Source: an uncultured Planctomycetaceae bacterium (GTDB lineage: Bacteria; Planctomycetota; Planctomycetia; Isosphaerales; Isosphaeraceae). From it: 64,000 nucleotides of DNA. The notes beneath the pieces are model-generated. The model was not told where the DNA came from, did no database searches, and saw only the letters and a list, made by a program, of their open reading frames with translations. How positions within the stretch are numbered: position 1 is the stretch's first letter; each line of letters begins with the position of its first letter. Below are positions 11,501-21,069 of the stretch, piece by piece. The stretch is from positions 768,001 to 832,000 of the forward strand of contig CAWIAD010000002.1 of assembly GCA_963833985.1 (NCBI GenBank), given 5' to 3'. The translations under genes were made by a program, and so were the position numbers.

Positions 11501-11879
11501 TCTCTACCTTCCCGCGGTGCGTCAGCCCGCCAGCAAGGAACCGATGGAGCACCTGGTGCGCAGGGCTCGATCCGCAGGGCTGGGCCTGCTGCTGGCCACC
11601 CAGAACCCTGGCGATTTCGACTATCGCTGCCGCGATAACATCCGTACCTGGTTCGTCGGGCAGGTCAAGGAGGAGAACTCGATCACCAAGATGAAGCCGA
11701 TGCTCAGCGAGTGCCGGGTTGACGTCGCGGGCCTGCTGCCGGGGCAAACCACCGGCGAGTTCCACCTCATCCGCGATGGCAGCGCCATCGGTTTGTCCGC
11801 GAACCCGTCCGCCGTCGATGCGCGCCAGCTCTCCGAGCAGGAAATCCTCGACCTGGCACGACGAACCTCCCAGCTCTGA
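8580..11879 (+). CDS. double P-loop NTPase: N-terminal AAA+-like domain and C-terminal HerA/FtsK (DUF87-like) domain
   Basis: Domain 1 has Walker A GDSGSGKT and Walker B LILCVDQLE. Domain 2 has HAAFIGAPGSGKTT, LVDRKGDL, LLFDEAD and RRARSAGLGLLLATQNP (HerA/FtsK arginine-finger and TQ motif). Confidence 0.85.
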   Translation: MTPETSASLDPPAAVGSGPHDDPRVAAFCSEAHPGLFHAVAYGSDIWRADPFDVPSIHRSVREAFRQTVDRVCAAGALPTGRILLLLGDSGSGKTHLMRAFRNQVHSSHRGYCGYMQMTALTDQYGRYVLNNLVESLDKPYFEHESAISGLMRLSSALARSLAASEPASSLLEKLREEELDQRTLDHIVGELADRVILDDRFNSINVFLVQALLYLQYDDPRIKARVLKYLRCEDFTAHDRQLLGGLIPATYPDAPHWIIQRLGELIWVLEGVPLILCVDQLEDMFDMENAPARFRRSLATLCDIVSRLPSAIVVISCLQDYYVKLREYLARPTQDRIQGNRGPIHLKESREPDEIVQIIAERLQFLFRSANVPWDPADPTYPLPADLLRRLAGRRTRDVLGECQLFRDRCVADGRLVAYPFDNEPDRPPEPPFSIEQAWNEHRATVPPVVPSEESELAGILGGAIGCCAEELAPGLKISARTDGRYVHVEIHGRDDSVERMLVGVCNKAAQGGGLGRQVEELKTRAGELTAVVVRSTAYPASARAVVSRLLEELVAGGGRKVVVEDSDWRSMLAFESFRAGQTATSALHAWRQQARPITSLKSLREILDLDRLEQGPSRAGRKSAAPAPPKEPAVNRPAVKGPAVNPPAVDELEKAGCVEPDVSGPGDVAVVLRPLNPRRPVWLDVGKTADRRAGNVVLEDAELTRHAAFIGAPGSGKTTLALSLVEQLLVAGIPAILVDRKGDLCAYAQTGMGLRNGLDGGLAKRADELRSHVEVALYTPRRPDGRPLSITAVPAGLGTLSDLERRQAARFAASALAGMMNYGSSKRDQSLLAILGRAIDLLSQEQPQVPLPMESLLSFIGERDPGLINEIGRLDVRLFDKLVQDLETLRLNHGDLLAAEGEPLEIEALLGLGPYAKPGKTRLSIISTKFLGSNQDVLFWIAQFAMEVGRWISRAPAPDGTLQAVLLFDEADLYLPAVRQPASKEPMEHLVRRARSAGLGLLLATQNPGDFDYRCRDNIRTWFVGQVKEENSITKMKPMLSECRVDVAGLLPGQTTGEFHLIRDGSAIGLSANPSAVDARQLSEQEILDLARRTSQL
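10479..10538 (+). repeat. 4 x 15-bp in-frame tandem repeat (PAVxx linker)
   Basis: Units cctgcggtgaaccgg / cccgcagtgaaaggg / cccgcggtgaacccg / cccgcggtggatgag. Confidence 0.85.
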
Positions 11880-11909
11880 GACCCTTCATCGCCACAACAA
11901 ACCGCCTGG

Positions 11910-11948
11910 CGGATCGACCTGCTCGCGTCGCGAACAGGTCTGTATCCG
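11910..11948. terminator. long imperfect hairpin between convergent genes (terminator or REP-like)
   Basis: CGGAT..GACCTG-CTCGCGTCGCGAA-CAGGTC..ATCCG. Confidence 0.45.
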
Positions 11949-11957
11949 AGAGCCCGC

Positions 11958-12992
11958 TCACTTGGCGAACTCCGCGTGCGGATGCGTCGTGTAGAAGTGC
12001 AGGCCGTGCCTGGGGTCAAGGAAGCGGTACAAGGGGACTGCGCCGGGCGTTGCGTCCGACTGGATGAAGAAAGCGATGCCGGTGGTGTGGAAACCCTTGC
12101 GCCCCACTCCTTCGCCATCGTCCGCGGTTGTATAGATATGATCCTTCCGTCCGTGCCAGGCGTGAACGGCCACAGCGCCGGGCACGGCGCGATCAAAGAC
12201 GTGGCAAACGACCCCTTCGGAGATCAGGCCTGCCCCGCCGGGGCCGGCCGGGCTCGTGGTGTACTGGTGCGCCCCGGTGCGGCGGTCAAACCAGCGGTAG
12301 AGCGGCACCGTCCCTGGCTGGGGAGCGGCGAAGACGTAGCCGGCGACGCCCTCGAGCTGGAACCGCGTCAGGTCGAAATGGAGAACCACCTGCTGCGCCG
12401 TGTAGTCGATGCCGCAGAACGCCCCGTACTGCTTGAAGACGGCCGAGCGCTTGAGCACCTCGGCATTGAGCCTCTGCGAGAGCAACGAGGTGCGGCCGGC
12501 GGCGATCTGGGTGACCAGATCGTCGAAGAACGAGCCCAGCAGCTTCGCCAGCAGGCCGGCCATACCCTCCAGCTCCGCTTTCTTGACGGCTTCCACGTCC
12601 ACCCGGAAGCGGGGCGTCGCGTCAGGGCCGGCCTCGATGTTGACCGCGGTGCGGATCTCGAAGCGGAACCTGCGCAGGCCCGGCGTATGGTTGCTGGAGC
12701 GGCTCACGAGCTCGGAGACGGCTGCGCCCACGGGCGGCCGGAATTCTCCCTCCACCTGACAGGCGGTCAGGAAGCGTCTGCGCCCCGCGTCGATGGCCAG
12801 CAAGCGGTAGGAGTGGACCGTGCCGCGATACTGTCCCTGCTTCTCGAACGGGCTGGGAGGAAGCTGCTCCACGACGCCCGCGAGGAAGTCTCTGTCAAGC
12901 CGCACCTCGGTGGCGGCCCGGGCGCGGTGGGCCGGGAGCAGGACTGTCCACAGGCAGACCGCCAGGGTCAGGTGCAGTGCGCAGCGCTTCAT
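11958..12992 (-). CDS. secreted protein with C-terminal DUF5648-like (PLYR...HFYT) repeats
   Basis: Signal peptide (ARA|ATE) and repeats GTVPLYRWFDRRTGAHQYTT, AVHAWHGRKDHIYTT and GAVPLYRFLDPRHGLHFYTT. Confidence 0.7.
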   Translation of the reverse strand: MKRCALHLTLAVCLWTVLLPAHRARAATEVRLDRDFLAGVVEQLPPSPFEKQGQYRGTVHSYRLLAIDAGRRRFLTACQVEGEFRPPVGAAVSELVSRSSNHTPGLRRFRFEIRTAVNIEAGPDATPRFRVDVEAVKKAELEGMAGLLAKLLGSFFDDLVTQIAAGRTSLLSQRLNAEVLKRSAVFKQYGAFCGIDYTAQQVVLHFDLTRFQLEGVAGYVFAAPQPGTVPLYRWFDRRTGAHQYTTSPAGPGGAGLISEGVVCHVFDRAVPGAVAVHAWHGRKDHIYTTADDGEGVGRKGFHTTGIAFFIQSDATPGAVPLYRFLDPRHGLHFYTTHPHAEFAK

Positions 12993-13016
12993 GGGCTTTC
13001 CTTGCCAGGGACGGGC

Positions 13017-14816
13017 TCACGGTGAAGCCACGACGAATGGCCAGATCATCGGAATGAGGATCACGGCGGCCGTGAACATGAGCAGATTCAGCGGGACTCC
13101 GACGCGAACGAAGTCAGCGAAGCGGTAGCCGCCGGGGCCGAAGACCATCATGTGCGTCTGGTAGCCGATCGGAGAGGCGAAGGCGTAGGAGGCGGCCAGG
13201 GTCACGGCCATGATGAACGGGCGCTCGTTGACGCCTAATAGCCGCGCCGATTCCAGGCAGAACGGAAACGCCAGTACGGCGGCCGCGTTGTTGCTGATCA
13301 GCTCGTTGAGCACCATGGTGCCGAAGTAGATGGCGGCCATGGTGGCCGTCGGGCCCAGCGGCCGGGTGAGGTGCACGAGCTGCTCGGCGAACAGTCTGGC
13401 CACTCCCGATTGCTCGAGCGCCTTGCCCATGCCGAACGAGGCACCAATGGCCAGGAGCACGGACCAGTCGACAGACTTGCGGGCGTCCGACGTGGAGATA
13501 CAGCGACAGGCGACCATGGCTCCGGCCGCGAGGAAGGCCGCCACCATGATGTCCACCTTGCCGCTCACGAACGCCGTGATCATGGCCAGGAATATGATTG
13601 CGGCGGGCCAGGCGCGGTCGTAACGCACCGGCCGTGAGTCCTCGACGTCGCTGATCAGGTAGAAGTCCGGGTTGTTGCGGTAGACGCGCCTGAAGTCGTG
13701 GCCCACCTGCAAGAGCAGCGTGTCCCCCGCGTGCAGCTCGATATCGCCCACCTTGTTGGTCAGTCGTGCTCCGTTGCGGTGCACGGCCACGACGGCCGCG
13801 TCGTACATGGCGCGGAAGTCCGCCTCGCGCACCGTCTTGCCCAGCAGGGGGGACGACGGGCTGATGACCGCCTCGCAGAGTGTCCGCCCGCGCTGTTTCA
13901 CGGGCGAGACCTCGTACCGCTCATCAGCGGCGGGAACCAGGCCGGGAATCTTCTCCAGGTCGATGATGGTGCCGACGACGCCCGTGAAGACCAGCCGGTC
14001 GTTGGCGCGAATGGTCTCCTCCGGCCCCACCGGGCCGATGACCTCGCCTTCACGGCTGATCTCGATCAGGAACAGCCCGGGGAGATGCCGCAGCCCGGCC
14101 TGGCCGACCGTCTTGCCCACCAGCCGGCAGCCCGGCGTGACCTGCATCTCCACCAGGTACTCGCGCCGCGATTCCTCAAGCTGCTCGATCAGGTCCTTGC
14201 GGTCGGGGAGGAGCCGGCGGCCCAGTGTCAGCATGTAGGCCGCTCCCAGCAGTGCGCAGGGGAACCCGACATAGCCGATCTCAAACATGCTCATCGGCCT
14301 GAGCTTTGATTTGATGAGCAGCCCCTGGACCACCAGGTTGGTGCTCGTGCCAACCAGGGAGCAGGTGCCCCCCAGGATGGAGAGGAACGAGAGCGGCATG
14401 AGCAGCCGGGAGGGAGAGATCCGCCGCTTGCGGCACCACGAGATCAGCACCGGCACCAGAAGGGCCACCTTGGGCGTGTTGTTCAGCACCATCGCGGAGG
14501 GGATGAGCACCGCCGCCATGGAGAACAGCGCCTTGCCTTCGGTCTCCACGTGGCCCAGGAACCGCTCCCCCACAAACTCCATGACACCGGTCTCGCGGAG
14601 GGCGGCCGCGACCACGAAGAGAGCGGCGACGGTGAGCATGCCCGAGTTGGCAAAGCCCCCGAACGCCTCTTCCGGGCCGATGACCCCCAGCGCCGCCAGC
14701 AGCACCACGGCTCCCACGAACAGCGCATCGGTGGGCAGGTCGCGCACCAGTCCATAAAGCAGCGCGGCGAGTACCGCCAGCGTCGCACACATATCGAACG
14801 TCAGTCCTGATCCCAT
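13017..14816 (-). CDS. SLC13/DASS family permease with TrkA-C domains
   Basis: Multiple transmembrane segments, LNNTP, GGTCSLVGTSTNL, two RCK_C-like cytoplasmic domains, ISNNAAA and SPIGYQTHMMV. Confidence 0.92.
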   Translation of the reverse strand: MGSGLTFDMCATLAVLAALLYGLVRDLPTDALFVGAVVLLAALGVIGPEEAFGGFANSGMLTVAALFVVAAALRETGVMEFVGERFLGHVETEGKALFSMAAVLIPSAMVLNNTPKVALLVPVLISWCRKRRISPSRLLMPLSFLSILGGTCSLVGTSTNLVVQGLLIKSKLRPMSMFEIGYVGFPCALLGAAYMLTLGRRLLPDRKDLIEQLEESRREYLVEMQVTPGCRLVGKTVGQAGLRHLPGLFLIEISREGEVIGPVGPEETIRANDRLVFTGVVGTIIDLEKIPGLVPAADERYEVSPVKQRGRTLCEAVISPSSPLLGKTVREADFRAMYDAAVVAVHRNGARLTNKVGDIELHAGDTLLLQVGHDFRRVYRNNPDFYLISDVEDSRPVRYDRAWPAAIIFLAMITAFVSGKVDIMVAAFLAAGAMVACRCISTSDARKSVDWSVLLAIGASFGMGKALEQSGVARLFAEQLVHLTRPLGPTATMAAIYFGTMVLNELISNNAAAVLAFPFCLESARLLGVNERPFIMAVTLAASYAFASPIGYQTHMMVFGPGGYRFADFVRVGVPLNLLMFTAAVILIPMIWPFVVASP

Positions 14817-14995
14817 CAACCTCCATCTCCCCGGCAATGGTCGACCGCGAGCTCGGCATGAGGGCCACGAAGCGCTTCACCGGGCCGGCTCGGCCCTGGA
14901 GCGTGGGGCTTAATGTAACAAAAATGCCACAGAACGGAACCGTCGGCGGCTTTGCGGTCCGCATGGCTCGGGAAAGGCGTCGCCGGGTGAGCGGC

Positions 14996-17740
14996 TTACA
15001 GCTCGGTGGTGGCCCGGATCAATGATTCCTTGAGGTTATGCGTGAGCTTGAAGCCCAGCTTCTCGCAGATCCGCTGCATCTCGATGTTCTCCGGCAGGAT
15101 GTCGCCAAAGATGTGGTTGATGTTCTCGTCGCGGCCCACCTGGAGCAGGCGGCTGAGCAACTCCGTGCCGAGGCCCAGCCGCTGATAGCGGTCGCTCACG
15201 ACCAGCGCGAACTCGGCCTCGTCGGTGCCGCGAACCTTGGTCAGGCGGCCGACCCCGCGGATCTCGTGCTCGCCGGTCTCGGGATTCTTGCGGTCGGCCA
15301 CCAGCGCCATCTCGCGGTCGTAGTCGATGAAGCAGATGCGAGTGAGGCGCTCGTGCGCGACGCGGGCCGTGAGCTTCATGGCGTGGAAGTAGCGATAGGA
15401 GACGCTGCGCTCGGAGAGCGTGCCATGGAACTTGACCAGGAGCGGCTCGTCCTCGGGGCGGATGGGCCTGAGGACCACCTCCGTCCCATCCTCGTCGGTC
15501 CAGGGAGAGATGTACTGGGTGGGGTAGGGGCGAATCGCCGGCCTGGTCAGGTCGGCCGCGCGGGTCTCCAGTTCATGCACGATCACGCGGGCGTCGAGGA
15601 CCAGCAGCCGCTCGGGCGAGGCGAGCAAGGGGTTGATGTCCACTTCCTTGATCCACTTCTGCTCGATCACCAGGTGGCTGAAGCGGACCATGAGCTGCTC
15701 GAGCGCCGCGATGTCGACGGCCTTGCGGCCGCGCACGCCGCGCAGCGCGGTGTAGATCCGGGTTTGCTCCATCATCCGCCGGGCCAGGGTGGTGTTCAGC
15801 GGAGGCAAGGCCAGAGCGCGGTCCTTGAAGACCTCGACGAGCTGACCGCCGGTTCCGAAGAGCAGGACGGGCCCGAACTGGGCGTCGAGACTGCTGCCGA
15901 TGATCAGCTCGTAGCCGTCGAGCTTGATCATGGGCTGGACGCTGACCCCCTGGAAGTGCGTGGCGCCGGCCCGCTCGCCGACGGTCGTCTGGATGGTGCG
16001 GAACGCGCTGCGCACCGCGTCGGCGTCCCTCAGGTTGAGCTGCACGCCGCCAACGTCGGTCTTGTGCGTGATCGTCTGGGAGTGCAGCTTCAGCACGATG
16101 GGGTAGCCCAGGTCTTCGGCTGCGGCAACCGCAGCGTCGGCCGTCTCGGCGACCAGTGTCTTGACAGTCGGGATCCCGTAGGCAGCCAGGAGCTGCTTGG
16201 ATTCGGACTCGGTGAGCACCGTCCGCCCCTGGCGGCGAACCGCGGTGATGATGCTCTCCGCCCGCTCCCTGCCGGCGTTGGCACTCTCGCTGTCGAACGG
16301 CAGATTGGGCGTCTCGTAGAGCCCCTGAAGGTTGTAGCTAGAACGCCACATGAGCGTGAAGACATGGGCCGCCATATCGGGATAATCATAGGTGGGGATA
16401 CCCGCCCGGCTGAGGATCTGCTCGCCTTGCTCGACGGCCTCGCCTCCCATCCAGCTCGCGAGCACGGGCTTACCGCTGATCTTGGCATGCTGCCGCAGGT
16501 GCTCGGCAGTGGCCGTGGGGTCGGTCATGGCCTGAGGGGTGAGGATCGCCAGCAGCCCGTCGATGTTGGGGTCTTTGGCCGTGATCTCCAGCGATTGAGC
16601 ATAGCGCTGGGGGTCGGCGTCGCCCAGGATGTCAATCGGGTTGCTGTGGCTCCAGGCGGGTGGTAAGAGGGCGTTCAGCGCCGCCATCGTCTCCGCCGTG
16701 AGCGGGGCCAGCTCGCCATGGTTGTCAATCAGCGCGTCGGTTGCCAGCACCCCGGGCCCGCCGGCGTTGGTCAGGATGGCGAGCCGCGGCCCCTTGGGCC
16801 GGGGCTGCTTGGAGAGCACCTCGGCCATGTTGAAGACCTCGGAAATGGAATTCACCCGGAGCACGCCAACCCGGCGGAACGCGGCATCCAGCACCTCGTC
16901 GCTGCCAGTGAGCGACCCGGTATGCGAGGCCGCCGCCTTCGCCGCCGCCTCGGTGTGCCCCGCCTTGATGACGATGATCGGCTTGGTGAGCGCGACCTCG
17001 CGTGAGGCCGACAGAAACGACCGGGCATCGCCGATCGATTCCATGTAGATGACGATGCACTTCGTGTACGGGTCGTCCCCCAGGTAGTCGATCAGATCGC
17101 CCCAGCCGACATCCAGCATCGAGCCGACCGAGATGAACGCGCTGAAACCCACATGCTCACGGAAGCTCCAGTCGAGGATGGCCGTGCAGAGGGCGCCGCT
17201 CTGGCTGATGAAGCCGACCGAACCGGGCCGGGCGATCTGTGCCGCAAACGTGGCGTTCATGCCACTGTACGGCCGCATCACGCCCACGCAGTTCGGGCCG
17301 ATGATCCGCATGCCGCCCCGCCGCGCCTCCTTCAGCAGCTCCTGCTCCAGCCTGGCCCCTTCCGCACCAATCTCCTTGAAGCCGGCCGAGATCACGATGG
17401 CGCCCGGCACACCGGCATCCGCGCATTCGCCGATCACGCCGGGTACGGAGCTGGCCGGCGTGACCACCACCGCCAGGTCCACCGGATCGGGAACCGACTT
17501 GACGTTCTTGTATGCCTTGATGCCCAGCACGTTCGGCCGGTTGGAGTTGATCGGATAGACCGTGCCGCCGAACGGGTTGCTGATCAGGTTCCAGAGCACG
17601 GCCCGGCCCACGCTTCCCTGTTTGTCCGTTGCGCCGATGACCGCGACCGTGCGAGGCGCAAAAATTGCTTCCAGGGGGGGCCGGTTCTCCGGCTCGCCTC
17701 CCGGAAGGAACGACATGGCGGATAGCGTCGAAGGAGTCAT
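14996..17740 (-). CDS. bifunctional ADP-forming acetate-CoA ligase family / GNAT acetyltransferase (Pat-like)
   Basis: CoA-binding [36 protein letters not shown]-grasp HKTDVGGV, and a C-terminal GNAT domain (RPIRPEDE...[10 protein letters not shown]). Confidence 0.93.
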   Translation of the reverse strand: MTPSTLSAMSFLPGGEPENRPPLEAIFAPRTVAVIGATDKQGSVGRAVLWNLISNPFGGTVYPINSNRPNVLGIKAYKNVKSVPDPVDLAVVVTPASSVPGVIGECADAGVPGAIVISAGFKEIGAEGARLEQELLKEARRGGMRIIGPNCVGVMRPYSGMNATFAAQIARPGSVGFISQSGALCTAILDWSFREHVGFSAFISVGSMLDVGWGDLIDYLGDDPYTKCIVIYMESIGDARSFLSASREVALTKPIIVIKAGHTEAAAKAAASHTGSLTGSDEVLDAAFRRVGVLRVNSISEVFNMAEVLSKQPRPKGPRLAILTNAGGPGVLATDALIDNHGELAPLTAETMAALNALLPPAWSHSNPIDILGDADPQRYAQSLEITAKDPNIDGLLAILTPQAMTDPTATAEHLRQHAKISGKPVLASWMGGEAVEQGEQILSRAGIPTYDYPDMAAHVFTLMWRSSYNLQGLYETPNLPFDSESANAGRERAESIITAVRRQGRTVLTESESKQLLAAYGIPTVKTLVAETADAAVAAAEDLGYPIVLKLHSQTITHKTDVGGVQLNLRDADAVRSAFRTIQTTVGERAGATHFQGVSVQPMIKLDGYELIIGSSLDAQFGPVLLFGTGGQLVEVFKDRALALPPLNTTLARRMMEQTRIYTALRGVRGRKAVDIAALEQLMVRFSHLVIEQKWIKEVDINPLLASPERLLVLDARVIVHELETRAADLTRPAIRPYPTQYISPWTDEDGTEVVLRPIRPEDEPLLVKFHGTLSERSVSYRYFHAMKLTARVAHERLTRICFIDYDREMALVADRKNPETGEHEIRGVGRLTKVRGTDEAEFALVVSDRYQRLGLGTELLSRLLQVGRDENINHIFGDILPENIEMQRICEKLGFKLTHNLKESLIRATTEL

Positions 17741-18252
17741 GAATCGTGCCCTTCTGTTTTCCGGCCCCTGAACGAGGAATCATCCCCTGCGACAACACCG
17801 GTCAAGTCAGACGTCGACTGGTTGGGAGTTGCAGGTAAGCCAGTCAGAGAGGAACGACTGCCAGAAACCGCGACGGCCCGGGCTTGCGTGACGGCATCGT
17901 GGAACGGCAGGCCAGGCTTCTTGATTTTCTCCAGTGATGCACTCGCTGTCCATGAGACTTCACCCGAGCAGGGTCTTGTTCACCGTTTCGGCATCCGTGC
18001 AGCGGCTCATCTTTTTGAACCGGCCGAAACAATCAGACTCATGTTCGTTCTGCACCAGCGTGGTGTGCGGACGGGCCGCCAGTCGTCGCGCGGGTCCCCC
18101 TATTAAAGAATAGTATGCCGCAGCGTACGAGAATGACATGAGCTAAACTGTTTTCTCCGGACGCGCGCCGGAGGGCGCTGCAACCCGTTCGGCCCACGCC
18201 GGCGTGGTGCCAGGGTTCTATCTCTTCCCGAAGCAGCACGGAAGCTTTGTGC

Positions 18253-19287
18253 TCAATAGCCGTCGCCGCTCACGAGGTCGCCGCCGGCCACCGTACCCAG
18301 ACCTCGCCAGAGCTGCCCGTTGATCGTGGTGCGGACGAACCGCGCCGAGCCGTCCGCCAGCAGCGCGTTGACGCCGCCGGGATGATAGCTGCGTGCAGTG
18401 ACAGCCGCGAACGTGGGACCGCCGTTTTCCTCGTTACGACCGTTCAGGTCGAGGTCCATCCCCTTGTAAGCCTGCCGGCCCAGGATCACCTTGTTCGGCG
18501 GCCAGGCCGTGGTGAAGCCGGCCGCATGAACGTTGCCGTCGGACCATTCGGTATGGAACTCATACTGGTTCTCGGTGACGCAGGTGCCGTTGTCGTACTC
18601 CGGGGCGACGACGTAAGGGTTTGCATCCGGGTCGGGCACCTGGTACGGATTGTTCACCGAGGGAAGCGCGGTGAAGCGGCAGTTCGAGGCGGGCTGGCGC
18701 GCCTTCACCTCGGAGACCAGCAAGGTCTGGCTCAGCCCGTCCTGGAACTCGGCCAGGTCGCGGCTGCGGTTGGCACCAAAAGCTGACCGGTTCAGCGGAC
18801 CGTTGAACCCGCCCCACACGAACCAGTCGCCCTGGCTGACGCCATAGTTGATCTCGCCTGCCAGGCCATAATCGTGCAGGAACGACTGAGGCTCGAGCTC
18901 GCTGGGGCAGAGGAACGTGCTGACGGAGAGCGCGATGGCCGTCGCGTTCGCGGGGTCCTCCTTGAAGACCGACACGTTCGCCGCGGCATAAAGGGAGCTC
19001 CCCTCCAGGTACGGCAGGATACGTGCCTGCGCGCTCCAGCCGGTGTTGTAAACCGTCGTATTGCCAGCGCCGGAGAGTGCCATTGACATCGGCAAGGCCC
19101 CGGACGCTGAAACGTAGTGGTGCATCGCCAGGCCAATCTGTTTGAGATTGTTGATGCACTGGAGCCGCCGGGCCGCCTCACGGGCCGCCTGGACAGCCGG
19201 CAAGAGAAGCGCCAGCAGAAGCGCGATGATGGCGATGACCACGAGCAGCTCGATGAGCGTGAATCCGCGGCAGCGTGACCTGGACAT
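18253..19287 (-). CDS. DUF1559 prepilin-type N-terminal cleavage/methylation domain protein
   Basis: [14 protein letters not shown]...[23 protein letters not shown] and a C-terminal H-X9-DG motif ([12 protein letters not shown]). Confidence 0.95.
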   Translation of the reverse strand: MSRSRCRGFTLIELLVVIAIIALLLALLLPAVQAAREAARRLQCINNLKQIGLAMHHYVSASGALPMSMALSGAGNTTVYNTGWSAQARILPYLEGSSLYAAANVSVFKEDPANATAIALSVSTFLCPSELEPQSFLHDYGLAGEINYGVSQGDWFVWGGFNGPLNRSAFGANRSRDLAEFQDGLSQTLLVSEVKARQPASNCRFTALPSVNNPYQVPDPDANPYVVAPEYDNGTCVTENQYEFHTEWSDGNVHAAGFTTAWPPNKVILGRQAYKGMDLDLNGRNEENGGPTFAAVTARSYHPGGVNALLADGSARFVRTTINGQLWRGLGTVAGGDLVSGDGY

Positions 19288-19395
19288 GAGAGCCTCACCC
19301 GACCATGACCTGACTCGGACGATTGTCATAAGTCGATCATGCCGCGACCTGGCTCGGGATGCAAGGACACCTGCCGCCAATTTGCTGCACCCCGG

Positions 19396-20858
19396 TCATT
19401 TCCGCCTGGCTTGCACCTGTGTGCAGATCCAGTCCGCCATTGCGGAGAGGGCGCTCGGGTTGATCGTTTCCTCGATCGCGGCGTACTCCGATGGGGCCCC
19501 GGTCTGGCATTTCTGGAACAGGTGATTGAGGCCCGCAAGCTGCCGCACCTGCACGTGGGTGTTACCGGCAGACCTGAGCGTCGCCTCGATCTGCCCGAGG
19601 TTTTCCCGGGGCGGAACCTGAAGGTCCTTCTCGCCCACGAGCGCCAGAACGGGGCATCGCACCTGCGCCAGCGTGGGCCGGGGATCATAGGTCAGGAAGT
19701 AGCGAAACCAGGGCGAACGGACCAGCTTGAGCTGGCCTTCGACCAGCCCGTCGAAGTTGCCCAGCGCCTTGCGATCCGCCTCACTCAGCGATTCCTTGAG
19801 GGTCTTCACGACGCCGCGCATCCTGGTCTCGGCGGCCTTTTCGTCCTTCTCGGTCTTGAGGATGGCGAAGAGCTGCTTCTGCACCTCGAGCTGGCCCTTC
19901 AGCGTCTTCTCATCGGCCCCCATGGCCTTGAGGACTGCCTGGCCTTGCAGGTAGAGGATCTCCTCGCCGGGCAGCCCCGTGCCAGCCATGAGCACGATGA
20001 ACGCCACATCGGGCGAGCGAGCGGCCACCATGGGCGCGATGATACCGCCTTCACTGTGGCCCAGGAGGCCGATCCGGACGGGATCGATCTCGGTCCGCGA
20101 TTTCAGGTAAGCGATGCCGGCGAGCACGTCGCCGGCGAAGTCGTCGCTGGTCGAGGCCATGGTATTGCCGCTCGAGCCGCCCACGCCGCGGTCGTCCACG
20201 CGGAGCACGGCGATTCCCCGACGCGCCAGCATGTCGGCCAGGACCAGGAACGGCTTGTGCTCGAAGAGCGTCTCGTCACGATCCTGCGCGCCGAACCGCT
20301 GATCAGGATGACGGCAGGGAATGGTCCGGTCCCCTGGGGCTCGGTCAACGTGCCCGCCAGATTGATGCCGCCGGCCTTGTTCGCATACGTGACGTCGATC
20401 ACCTTGTACGGGAACGGGGCTTTTGGCGTCTGAGGCCGGCGCACCTCGGTGGCCTTCGCCGTCTTCTTCAACGTCAGCGGCAGGCCGTTGCCGGCCTGGC
20501 TCCAGTTGCCGGCGGCCTCGGTGCCGTCCCCGTTCAACTTGCCCTCGTAACGCGCGAACAGGGCTTTCATCTCGAAGGAAAGCTTCTCCTTGTCCAGGGT
20601 GATCGTATCGATCTTCAACCCCCGGGCACCCTGGTCCGGGCTGTCCAGGGTGGCGGAGAGCGTTCCGTCGGCCGCTTTGCGGACATGCACGACGACACGC
20701 AGGCGGAGCCCCGCTCCAACGCTCAGCGCACCCTCCCAGATCTGCTCCGGGCCAGCAGCCCGCGGCTTGTCGGACGCCGCCGGGGGAGTGGGCGGGTCGG
20801 CGGCCAGGTCTGGCGCTGCCACTCCTGCCGCCATCAGCCAAAGAAATCCCGTGGTCAT
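19396..20858 (-). CDS. exported alpha/beta hydrolase; 1-nt frameshift near 20292
   Basis: Motifs LDSPDQG, RRPQTP, LAGTLT.P, GHSEGG nucleophile motif and LNHLFQ. ISGSG-AQDRDE is restored by adding one base. Confidence 0.88.
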
Positions 20859-21069
20859 GAGGCACCTTCCACGCGGGCCCTTCATCATCGCTCTCCAGCT
20901 CCTGGGACCGAGACGCACGGAGACAACCGCTGTCGCCGCCAGTCATGGGGTCTTTCGTCGCCACGGAGGAATTATCATGGAGCAGGAGCCGACTTCAGGG
21001 CCCACTCAGTCTGGACCAGGCTCGGCCTCGAGAGGATTCCGCTGCAACCTTATCGGAAGGAGAACGCTC

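Noticed and set aside
7218..11765. 1515-aa minus-strand ORF, and other long antisense ORFs such as 43930-46962, 23938-25836 and 51418-53307
   Set aside because: Shadow ORFs opposite well-supported genes in GC-rich DNA, with no recognisable motifs.
6259..11879. Assignment to BREX, Wadjet or Sir2-HerA/HerA-NurA
   Set aside because: No PglX/PglZ, SMC/Toprim, Sir2 or NurA gene is present; only the ATPase classes are shared.
17741..18252. 500-bp intergenic region as an ncRNA or small gene
   Set aside because: No recognisable RNA motif, strong structure or credible ORF was seen.
19322..19339. 16/18 match ATTGTCATAAGTnnATCA with 55328-55345 inside IS1634
   Set aside because: Short, in unrelated contexts, and compatible with chance.
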